Virus record (IMG/VR): IMGVR_UViG_3300033148_005636
Location: 1-59,357 of that record
From: a virus
Taxonomy: Duplodnaviria; Caudoviricetes
Strand: one strand, 5' to 3'
DNA length: 59,357 nucleotides
How positions within the stretch are numbered: position 1 is the stretch's first letter; the number at the start of each line of letters is the position of its first letter. The position numbers were made by a program, and so were the translations under genes. The notes under the pieces are model-generated. The model did not search any database. It was given only the letters and a program-made list of their open reading frames with translations, and had not been told where the DNA came from. Positions 51,925-59,357 of the stretch are shown here, piece by piece.

Positions 51925-52940
51925 TACTCGCCGACCTCCGCGCTTCGGAAATGCAATGCCGCTATCCGTCCCCGTCGCGTCAGGCGCAACTGCCGCGCGT
52001 CGCGCTCCCGGTACACCGCCTGCCATTGCGGTACTATGCGCGCGCCGATGCGTGTCGCGCCGATGTTGTCGATAGCCTCGACGAGTGCAGTCGGATGCTC
52101 GCGTAGCAATGCCGTCCGCGCCGCCGCCTCGCTGCTGGCCGCCACCACCGTTGTGCGCGGCTCGCCCAGCACCTGCACGACGCGCATCCAGCCGTGGTCC
52201 ACAAGCGGGGCCAGATCGTTGGCCGCGACGAATGCCTCCACATCGGGCGCTGGCAATGTGACCGCACGGTCGAGCAGCGACACCAGCGTCCGGCGCGCCT
52301 CCGCCGTCGGCAACGTCTCCGGCATCTTCACGAAGTCGATGCGCGTCACGATCTGCCCGCTACGCGGGTCCTTCACGCGCCTCACGATGAAATCGCGGCC
52401 CTCCGGCGTCGCGGGCACGCGCAGGTCCCGGTACTTCTGCGGCTTGCTCACGAAGTGCCCGTGCCTGTCTACGATCTCTTCCGGCGGCGGCTCGAACTCG
52501 CCGACTTCCTGCGCCTGCGGCTCGTCGGCGGCGTAGTAGACATACACATGCCTGCAATTAATATGTACCGGCGGCATGAACTTGTGGTATTCATTGCTCC
52601 CCACCCGGAACCGCGCGCCCAATAGCATCCGGCACAGCGGGCACGTCTTCTCGTCATCCGGCCCCCAAAACTCGGCGACGGCCGCATTCTCCGGCGGCGT
52701 CATGCCATACCCGCCCCACATGCCCGCGCCCGCCGCTTTGCCAGCCTCGAACGCCCGCTGCGTCGCCACCGCACTCGTCGCCGCAAGCTGCTTGCCCGCC
52801 TCCTCCGCCGCGACCGGCCCCAGCGCCACGCCGTACACGCCGCCGATGACCTCCTCAGGATGCTCAAGCGCATAGCGCGCCAGTTCCGGGTCGCGCATCT
52901 GCTGGGTTATCCGCGCTACCGTAGGCCGCAGGGCCATCAC
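51924..52940 (-). CDS. Minor head protein (Mu gpF/SPP1 gp7-like)
   Basis: DEKTCPLC...PPVHINCR. Confidence 0.8.
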   Translation of the reverse strand: MMALRPTVARITQQMRDPELARYALEHPEEVIGGVYGVALGPVAAEEAGKQLAATSAVATQRAFEAGKAAGAGMWGGYGMTPPENAAVAEFWGPDDEKTCPLCRMLLGARFRVGSNEYHKFMPPVHINCRHVYVYYAADEPQAQEVGEFEPPPEEIVDRHGHFVSKPQKYRDLRVPATPEGRDFIVRRVKDPRSGQIVTRIDFVKMPETLPTAEARRTLVSLLDRAVTLPAPDVEAFVAANDLAPLVDHGWMRVVQVLGEPRTTVVAASSEAAARTALLREHPTALVEAIDNIGATRIGARIVPQWQAVYRERDARQLRLTRRGRIAALHFRSAEVGE

Positions 52941-54856
52941 GCCTCACCCGCCTGCAGCTTCTCGGTGGCTACCTCGGAGGCGGCGAGCAGGTCCTCCGTA
53001 ACCTGCCCGCTCATGGTGGCGTTGGTGAGCGCCAGCGCGTTGCGGAGGGCGGTCTCGATGTCCATGCCGCCCTGCAGGTCATTCATCAAGCCCTGCCGCA
53101 CGACGAAGCTTACGATGCCGGTGTGATACTCGGCCAGCGACCGCGCCTGCGCCCTTATCCATTGCCGCAGTTCATTGGGGATCGGGCGCGGCTTCTCCTC
53201 GGTCGCCGCAATCGCGTCGCGCCCAAGCTCCACCACGCTCAGCAGATACTTGCGCAGCCAGTTCTCATACTTCCCGGCCAGCGGGACGCGCACCTCCGCC
53301 ATGTCCGCCCAGCGCCGTTCCTCCACTACGGGGCGCAGGCGCTGCAGGAACTGCCGCACCATGTCGCCGATGATAGCCTCGCCCTCGGCCCGGAACTCGT
53401 CCTCAGCCTTCTGCAACTGCCGCGACGCCTTGCCCTCGGCGAACAGCACCGGCTCGATGCGGTCACCGGCCACATGCGCGGTCTCGACCTCTTCCGGTTC
53501 CGGCTCGGGCGCGCCCTGCTGCTCCTCGACCGGCGTCTCCTCCTCCGGCATCTCCGGCAGATCGAACGCCTCGCGCACGTACTCGCCGATTTCGTCATCG
53601 CGGTCGAGCAGGCTGCCGTCGGACAGCGCCTTCAGCATCTGCGCCAGGGCCGTGCTGTCGCGCACCCCAATGTCCTCGCAGACGAGCCGGGGGTACTGGT
53701 CGCGCTCGCCCCAGTTGTAGGCTACCCGCTGAGGGATGGCGTAGCGGTTGATGTAGTCGCAGATCCATTGCGTCGTGCCGTTCAGGCTGGAGAGGAACAG
53801 CGAGGATGCGTCGCGCGACAGCGCATACGCGCCGGTGTTCTCGCCCTGACCTAGGCCGATGAACTGGGCGAGGCCGGTGCGAAGCAGCATCTGGTGGCAA
53901 TGCTCGATGAACTCGAGGAACGGCACCTCGCTGCCCGCAATCTCGAACTTATCCAGCGTGACGTTCTTGGGCAGGACGATGCCGCCGCTTTCGTACGTGC
54001 GAATGCGCCCCAGGGCCGTCTGCAGCTTCTCCTCCGCGTCCTCCTGCAGCGTCGGGCCTTGCTGGTCTATGTAGCTGGCGACCGGCGTCGGGCACGCCGT
54101 GCGCTCCACGCGGATGCAGGCCAGCGTGTAGAGCTTATCCAGCATCCAGAAGTACCTGTAGGCGTCCCGGAACAGCCCCCGCCCCTCAAAGTTCCCGTAC
54201 TCCTGCTGCCAACTCATGAGCAGCAGCTTCTCCACCGGGATGAAGCGACTGCTCACGTAGCTCCAGTTGCCGTCCTCGTCGTAATCGTATCCGCGTTGCT
54301 CCACGCCCGCCAGACCGCCACCCTCGCCGACGCGCCAGCGGTACACCGTCTTCGGCGCCCGCGGCGCGAACTTGCGCCACCGCGCCTCGCCGTCGCGTAT
54401 CTCCCAGACCTTCTCGAAAAGCGAGAAGCCGTAGAAGACGCCCATGAGCGCATGGCGCACGAAGTCGTCCCACGTGTGGCTCATGCCCTCGAACAGGTTC
54501 TGCTCGATGCTCTCGGCGATCTCTACCTCTTCGCGCTTGCCCTGCTCGGCGGGCTCGACGTACCAGCGCGCCCCGCGTATCGGCAGCGTGATGGCCGTCA
54601 CGAGCGGCGCGGCCACCGCACGCATACGGTCGTACTCACTGATGCGGTCGTCGAGGTCTTCAAGTGCGTCGAGGTACTCCTCACCGATGACCCCCGCGAC
54701 GATCTCAAGCCCCGTGAAGCCGATCTCTTCCGTGCTGACGCGCCGATTGCGGAACTCGACCTGCTCCTGCGCCATGCGCAGCACGCGGTCCCGCTCGCGC
54801 GCGAACGCCCCGCTGATCCGACCGGCTGTCGCACTCACGCGTTCGAGAATGCTCAT
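52937..54856 (-). CDS. Portal protein (DUF935/Mu gp29-like) with C-terminal extension
   Basis: YGFSLFEKVW, GNFEGRGL, follows TerL. Confidence 0.88.
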   Translation of the reverse strand: MSILERVSATAGRISGAFARERDRVLRMAQEQVEFRNRRVSTEEIGFTGLEIVAGVIGEEYLDALEDLDDRISEYDRMRAVAAPLVTAITLPIRGARWYVEPAEQGKREEVEIAESIEQNLFEGMSHTWDDFVRHALMGVFYGFSLFEKVWEIRDGEARWRKFAPRAPKTVYRWRVGEGGGLAGVEQRGYDYDEDGNWSYVSSRFIPVEKLLLMSWQQEYGNFEGRGLFRDAYRYFWMLDKLYTLACIRVERTACPTPVASYIDQQGPTLQEDAEEKLQTALGRIRTYESGGIVLPKNVTLDKFEIAGSEVPFLEFIEHCHQMLLRTGLAQFIGLGQGENTGAYALSRDASSLFLSSLNGTTQWICDYINRYAIPQRVAYNWGERDQYPRLVCEDIGVRDSTALAQMLKALSDGSLLDRDDEIGEYVREAFDLPEMPEEETPVEEQQGAPEPEPEEVETAHVAGDRIEPVLFAEGKASRQLQKAEDEFRAEGEAIIGDMVRQFLQRLRPVVEERRWADMAEVRVPLAGKYENWLRKYLLSVVELGRDAIAATEEKPRPIPNELRQWIRAQARSLAEYHTGIVSFVVRQGLMNDLQGGMDIETALRNALALTNATMSGQVTEDLLAASEVATEKLQAGEA

Positions 54857-54858
54857 GC

Positions 54859-57300
54859 TCACCAGATACGCTGCGACGTGTCGGCCTTGGGAACGTCATA
54901 TCGTGTCCGCCCGCCCGCTTCGCCGTAGCGCTCTATCTGTTCGCGTTCGGCCCGCGTCATCCGGTCGGCCCGCGTCTCGCCGAAACCGAGCACCGGGGCG
55001 CGCTCGACGAGGTGCGGCACCGCGTTCATGTGCGCGGTCTCCGACAACAACCTGAACGCCCCGCTCAGCGCGTCAACCTGGTCGTCATGCACCCCCTCCG
55101 CCGGGAACGCGCACACCTCGTCCAGGAAGTCCGCGATCCAGGCCCCCTCCACGAGCGCGACGTGTCCCAGCGCCACCTGCCCGGCCACGCCGCGCGCCCG
55201 CACCTCCTTGCTCCCCGTGGCGGGAACCGCGTGCACCTCGAACTCGGGCAGGACGTGCCGCGACAGATAGCTGATATAGCCCTTGCCTGCCGACCCCGGC
55301 TCGCGCTCGACGTAGATGCCGACCTCGCGGCCATCCTCCTCGGCGGTCCGCCGCAGCAGCGCCTCCACGCCCGCCGGAGCCTCCCGACAGCCCTTCACGT
55401 CCAGCACATAGTAGAGCCCGTCCGGCGTCCGGGCCAGCTTCAGCCCCCGCGTCCAGTCCGCCGCGCCCTCGGTGGCCGCGAGGTCCCAGTACCGCACGAC
55501 CTGCGCTCGCACCCTCTGCGGCAACGGGATGCCCGCGACAATCCGAAAGTCCTCGCGCCGGAACATCCCGCCTTCCGGCGTTACATCCCAGTCGCCCCAT
55601 CTTAGCTGCTGCCGCGTCACCGGGTCAAGCTGCTGAAGCGATTCTTCGTACTCTTCGGCGTCCAGCGACGGATTGTCTTCCAGTCGCGACGGCACAAAGA
55701 TGCGCACCGGCCTGCCTTCCGCGTCGTAGCTCGGCGCGCCCTCGATGAACCGCCGCCGCACCCACTCGTGCCCAGGACCGCCGGGGTTGCTCGCGGCCCG
55801 CATTCGCAGCGGCACCTCACTCCCCTCCAGCCTCCGCAAGCGCGAGAACAAGTACTTGTAGTCGCGCTCCTTAAAGTCTGTGAGTTCGTCGAATGCGATG
55901 AACTGGAACGCAGACGACTGGTAGCGGAAGCGGTCATTGGCGGCGTCCAGATAGCCAAAGCTTAGCCGTGCGCCCGACGGGAACCACCACGTCCTGGTGT
56001 CGTCATCCCACTTCGCATCGGTCGGCCCGAGCCACTCGTGCGCGCGGTCCATCAGCCCCTCGGCCATGCTCAGTTGTGCGTACGTCCGGCGCAGCAGCAG
56101 CGCGCTGTAGCCCGGCACATCCACGTACTGCAGCGCGGCCATCAGCAGTGCCTCGGAGTTATGCGTGGGCACCATGTTCTCGCTGCAGAGAAACTGCCCG
56201 GATGCCGCCTCCACCTGAATGCACTTGACCGGCTCGCTCTCGATCGGGCGCACGTCCACGATGTAACGGCGGTCATGCGTCCCTCGGAAGCCATCGCGCT
56301 TCTGCCGATCCGCCTTGCGAGGTAGCCGGAACACCGGCAGCGCCGTCATGAACTTGATCCGGTACTTCGGCCCGCAGTCCTTGCCGTTCAGCTTCGCGCG
56401 TCCCGTGCCGATAGCTGCTTTGATGCCGAGGCTGACAATCAACTCATGGGCGTCGTCGGCAAGCCTCCTATTGGTCGTGTAGAACTCACACTGGCCCCGT
56501 GTGTCTACCGTGCCGTCGGTGTCCATAAGACCCTGCAGCAGCGCCAGCCGCTGTTCTACACTGGCCCGCAGATAGGCGCTGGGGACATGCTTGTTGCCGT
56601 TGAGACCCAACGCGCGCAGTTGCGTGATCAGACCATGGACGCAATAACCGTAGTCATCACACTTATGCTTGGTCACTTCGTAACCCAGGCCGCGCAACTG
56701 CTCGACGATCTCCTCGTCGGCGGTGGTGATCTCACTGCTCGTTGCCGTGCCGTCGCCCAGCCACACGCCCAGTGCGTAGGGGTCGATGGGTAGATCGGCT
56801 TCGGGACATTGCAGCGCCCCACCGACGGTCACGGAATGGTTCACGCGCTCGCCGACAAGCAGCGAAGCTGCGATCTCCGCGGTCGTACGCACATCACCTG
56901 TCGGCGGAGGCAGACACTGATACTCGCGCTCGCGGTTGGCTTGGATGAGGTCGGGCCGCTTGCCGGTGCTTCGGCTTGCCCGCCGCGCGCGGCGATGCTC
57001 GCGCCACTCTGGCGTCCGATGAACCGCAGCGATCCGCTCCTTGGCGGTCATTGTGTGCCAGCCGTGCTCACCATCGGCGATGATGTTGCTGCCGTCGGAG
57101 AAGCAAACCTCACAGCATGGACGATTGTGCATGATTTCAGAGACCGCTACGACCCGCGTTGGCCTGCCAGCCTCGTCGAATATCACGTCGCCCGGCATGA
57201 TCGCGCCGATGGTCGTCCAGCCGTGCAGACTAGGCACCGGCGTACTGAGGCTCAGCGCCTTGCCTCCGCCTGCGCTGCCGCCGAACATGACCTCCAGCAC
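54859..57300 (-). CDS. terL: Terminase large subunit with intein (true start probably further upstream)
   Basis: Walker A GGSAGGGK|S, Walker B FIAFDE, ASNPGG, nuclease YWDLA and HDDQVDA. Confidence 0.95.
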   Translation of the reverse strand: MLEVMFGGSAGGGKALSLSTPVPSLHGWTTIGAIMPGDVIFDEAGRPTRVVAVSEIMHNRPCCEVCFSDGSNIIADGEHGWHTMTAKERIAAVHRTPEWREHRRARRASRSTGKRPDLIQANREREYQCLPPPTGDVRTTAEIAASLLVGERVNHSVTVGGALQCPEADLPIDPYALGVWLGDGTATSSEITTADEEIVEQLRGLGYEVTKHKCDDYGYCVHGLITQLRALGLNGNKHVPSAYLRASVEQRLALLQGLMDTDGTVDTRGQCEFYTTNRRLADDAHELIVSLGIKAAIGTGRAKLNGKDCGPKYRIKFMTALPVFRLPRKADRQKRDGFRGTHDRRYIVDVRPIESEPVKCIQVEAASGQFLCSENMVPTHNSEALLMAALQYVDVPGYSALLLRRTYAQLSMAEGLMDRAHEWLGPTDAKWDDDTRTWWFPSGARLSFGYLDAANDRFRYQSSAFQFIAFDELTDFKERDYKYLFSRLRRLEGSEVPLRMRAASNPGGPGHEWVRRRFIEGAPSYDAEGRPVRIFVPSRLEDNPSLDAEEYEESLQQLDPVTRQQLRWGDWDVTPEGGMFRREDFRIVAGIPLPQRVRAQVVRYWDLAATEGAADWTRGLKLARTPDGLYYVLDVKGCREAPAGVEALLRRTAEEDGREVGIYVEREPGSAGKGYISYLSRHVLPEFEVHAVPATGSKEVRARGVAGQVALGHVALVEGAWIADFLDEVCAFPAEGVHDDQVDALSGAFRLLSETAHMNAVPHLVERAPVLGFGETRADRMTRAEREQIERYGEAGGRTRYDVPKADTSQRIW
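56158..57258 (-). mobile_element. Class 3 intein (367 aa) with LAGLIDADG homing endonuclease
   Basis: Ala1 start (ALSLST), block B EHGW, block F VKCIQV, block G PTHN|S; endonuclease motifs ALGVWLGDG and LLQGLMDTDG. Confidence 0.93.
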
Positions 57301-57355
57301 ATCGTCGAGCAGCAGGAATGCCTGCTGCTTCGGGTGCGGGCTGTGCGGGATGTAG

Positions 57356-57883
57356 CTAGTCAGCCTCGGAACTATCAGCCGCCGCAGCTTCCGGTCCTTC
57401 CACCACTCCCGCCTGCCGGAGGATGTTGACGATCTCTTGCGTGCGATCTGCGCCGTTGAGGCCGTCGTGTTTCACCTCCACGGGGCCGCCGCCTGCGCCG
57501 CTGACCTCATGCCGCTGCTTACGCATCCCCCACGTGTCGGGCCTGCGCATCTTCAGGAACGCCTCCGCCGCCCGCCAGTCACCTTCGACCTCCGCCGTCG
57601 CCGCCCGCTGGATAATCGCGAGGTTGCGGGCGATAGCCTGCGCCGCTCGCGCGCGTACCGTGTGCGAGAATCGCGCGTAGACGCGCTTCTCTTCGGGCAC
57701 GTCGTCGAGGTTGCCGCCCGCCGCGTCTAACGCCTCTTCGCCCCACTTCAGCCAGTCATAGGCCGTACGCCGCCCAATGCCGCACAGGTCGCAGGCGTCC
57801 TCGAAATACAGCCCAGCGGCCATGTAGCCCGCGAACTGTTCCGTGAGTTCAGGCGTGCATTTTGTCGGGCGTCCGGCGGGCAT
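57356..57883 (-). CDS. terS: Terminase small subunit
   Basis: GRPTKCTPE, HTH ACDLCGIGRRTAYDW, DWRAA...L, EVSGAGGGPV. Confidence 0.85.
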   Translation of the reverse strand: MPAGRPTKCTPELTEQFAGYMAAGLYFEDACDLCGIGRRTAYDWLKWGEEALDAAGGNLDDVPEEKRVYARFSHTVRARAAQAIARNLAIIQRAATAEVEGDWRAAEAFLKMRRPDTWGMRKQRHEVSGAGGGPVEVKHDGLNGADRTQEIVNILRQAGVVEGPEAAAADSSEAD

Positions 57884-57900
57884 GGCTCTTCACCTCCCCG

Positions 57901-58188
57901 TCAGAACTGGCGCGCGATGGCGCGGAACAGTTCCCGCAGGCGCTCCTTCCTCTCGTCTCTTTCGACGCCCTGCCAGCCCATGAGTTCCGCGATGGCCTCG
58001 TCCTCCGCGAGGCGACGCGACTTCATCTCCAACAGAGCGTACACCGCCGCCTCGCCCTCCGTCAACCCCTTGCGGCGCGCGTCGGCATAGCCCTCCACGG
58101 CATCGAGAAGCTCCTCCGCGTCGGTTTCAATCAGGCGCAGCGCGTCCGTGACCATGCGCCAGAAGACCCCGGCGTCGCTAGGCACCAT
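57901..58188 (-). CDS. Hypothetical protein
   Basis: Tiling between the endolysin and TerS. Confidence 0.55.
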   Translation of the reverse strand: MVPSDAGVFWRMVTDALRLIETDAEELLDAVEGYADARRKGLTEGEAAVYALLEMKSRRLAEDEAIAELMGWQGVERDERKERLRELFRAIARQF

Positions 58189-58996
58189 CGTCATTGCCCT
58201 CCCTGCGCAGGTACAGCTTCCCGTCCTTCGCACGGCGGTCTATCAGTTCCCAGCCCATGAGCCGGGCCGCATCGCGGACGCTGATGTAGTGCGTCCCGTC
58301 GATGAACAGGGGCTCGGCTGTATTTTCGTAGCCGGGTAGGGCGACGACGAGCCGGGCCGCCCCAAGCCTGTCGCCGGTCGGACCTCCATCGCGCAGGATT
58401 TGCAGCGTCAGTTCCGTGGCTTCGTAGTGCATCGGGTCGAGGTACGCCCGCGAGAAGTGCCCGCCCCAGGCAAAGCCCCAACGGTTGGCGTACCTCGCGA
58501 GGCGGCGGCAACTGCCCGGCACTTCGTACGGCTCGCAGTGAAAGTTCCATCGGGCGGCCCGGTACTCCTTGCCGGAGTTGTTGCAGAGGTGGTGAACGTT
58601 GAGGTCGATGGCTATCCCCCACGAGTGCGGACTCGGCGTCCGGCTGCCACGGGTCGTGCGGCAGTTGTAGGTGCCGCCGTAGTCGTCCAGATCGACGAGG
58701 TGCTCTTCGCCCGCTTTCTGCACGTCGTGGAGCCAGCCGATCATGGCGTCGGCGATCTCCCGATGGACCGTCGCCCGCCCCACAATCGGCAGGCGCGCTG
58801 TGACCAGACTGCCGCCGTCGCACCTCCGCCCGAACCAGTAGCGCACGTGCCCGGCGTCAATCGCGCCCGTCCGTCGCAAGGGCTTGATTACTCCGTCCCT
58901 GGTAGGCATAGGCCACGCCTCCCTGTCTGCTGCCATTATACCCGCCGCGCGCGTCACGTCAACTCTTCGCAGGCGCGGTTTGTACCGCATGGTCAC
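58178..58996 (-). CDS. M15-family peptidoglycan peptidase (endolysin) with C-terminal copper-amine-oxidase-N-like domain
   Basis: YNCR...SPHSWGIAIDLN...WGG...DPMHYE; C-terminal FIDGTHYISVRDAA. Confidence 0.85.
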   Translation of the reverse strand: MTMRYKPRLRRVDVTRAAGIMAADREAWPMPTRDGVIKPLRRTGAIDAGHVRYWFGRRCDGGSLVTARLPIVGRATVHREIADAMIGWLHDVQKAGEEHLVDLDDYGGTYNCRTTRGSRTPSPHSWGIAIDLNVHHLCNNSGKEYRAARWNFHCEPYEVPGSCRRLARYANRWGFAWGGHFSRAYLDPMHYEATELTLQILRDGGPTGDRLGAARLVVALPGYENTAEPLFIDGTHYISVRDAARLMGWELIDRRAKDGKLYLRREGNDDGA

Positions 58997-59357
58997 GCGT
59001 CGGACAAGTACTCACCGAAGGGCACCGCTGCACTGAAATCCCGCGGTATCCGTTTCGGGTCGCCCTTGAAGAAGACGAGCACGTTCTGATGTGTCTTGCC
59101 CAATTTGCGGTAGTTCGCAAATTGGCGGCCCACGCGTACGGGCAGCGAGCCCACCGCTGTGACCATTACCGCGTCGTTGTACAGTCGCATCCCGGCATCC
59201 TCAAATGCTCGAATGGTCTCCGTGGGCAGGCCACGGTAAAAGCCCTCGGCATCGCGAATATCGCCCACCACAAAGCAGGCGAAGCGGTTCGATTTCAGCA
59301 TTGTAGCGCATTGCGCGACGATCTCGCGATAGGCGATCAAGAACGTCTCGAAGTCTT
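58993..59357 (-). CDS. DNA methyltransferase catalytic part, 3' portion (continuation from 574-1)
   Basis: RFACFVVGDIRD...RKLGKTHQNVLVFFKGDP. Confidence 0.88.
   Translation of the reverse strand, partial: DFETFLIAYREIVAQCATMLKSNRFACFVVGDIRDAEGFYRGLPTETIRAFEDAGMRLYNDAVMVTAVGSLPVRVGRQFANYRKLGKTHQNVLVFFKGDPKRIPRDFSAAVPFGEYLSDA
59244..59357. repeat. Terminal direct repeat, right copy
   Basis: Identical to 1-114. Confidence 0.97.

Noticed and set aside
35845-52536. Long plus-strand ORFs (899, 809, 611, 476 and 438 aa and others)
   Set aside because: They are antisense shadows of high-GC minus-strand genes, with no recognisable motifs.
59244-59357. 114-bp terminal repeat as a biological DTR or att site
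   Set aside because: It falls in the middle of a gene and is best explained as assembler overlap on a circular or permuted genome.

Overview
The window is one complete, circularly permuted genome of a high-GC tailed dsDNA phage. Bases 59244-59357 repeat bases 1-114 exactly, so the unique length is 59,243 bp. Every credible gene is on the minus strand. In transcription order: M15 endolysin; TerS; TerL with a class 3 LAGLIDADG intein; Mu-like head module (DUF935 portal, gpF, protease/scaffold, capsid); siphovirus-type tail module with a -1 frameshift chaperone and tape measure; an inserted sugar-synthesis/glycosyltransferase cluster; receptor-binding proteins; holin-like genes; a tRNA-like gene with an abnormal anticodon arm; consensus sigma70 promoters and small early genes; recombination, methylase and replication genes; a duplicated cassette region; and a DNA methyltransferase fragmented at poly-G tracts. 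I found no integrase or CI-type repressor. The standout feature is at about 12.8-13.9 kb. A standalone Cas7/RAMP-like gene (12891-13421) is flanked by three non-coding arrays of strict 5-nt GGY-NN units (23, 25 and 17 units), with constant GGC/GGT and a variable dinucleotide. The locus has its own promoter and a pseudoknot-like leader. It looks like a minimal non-CRISPR RNA-guided system whose guides may read a gapped target. All product calls come from motif recognition by eye; no searches were run.
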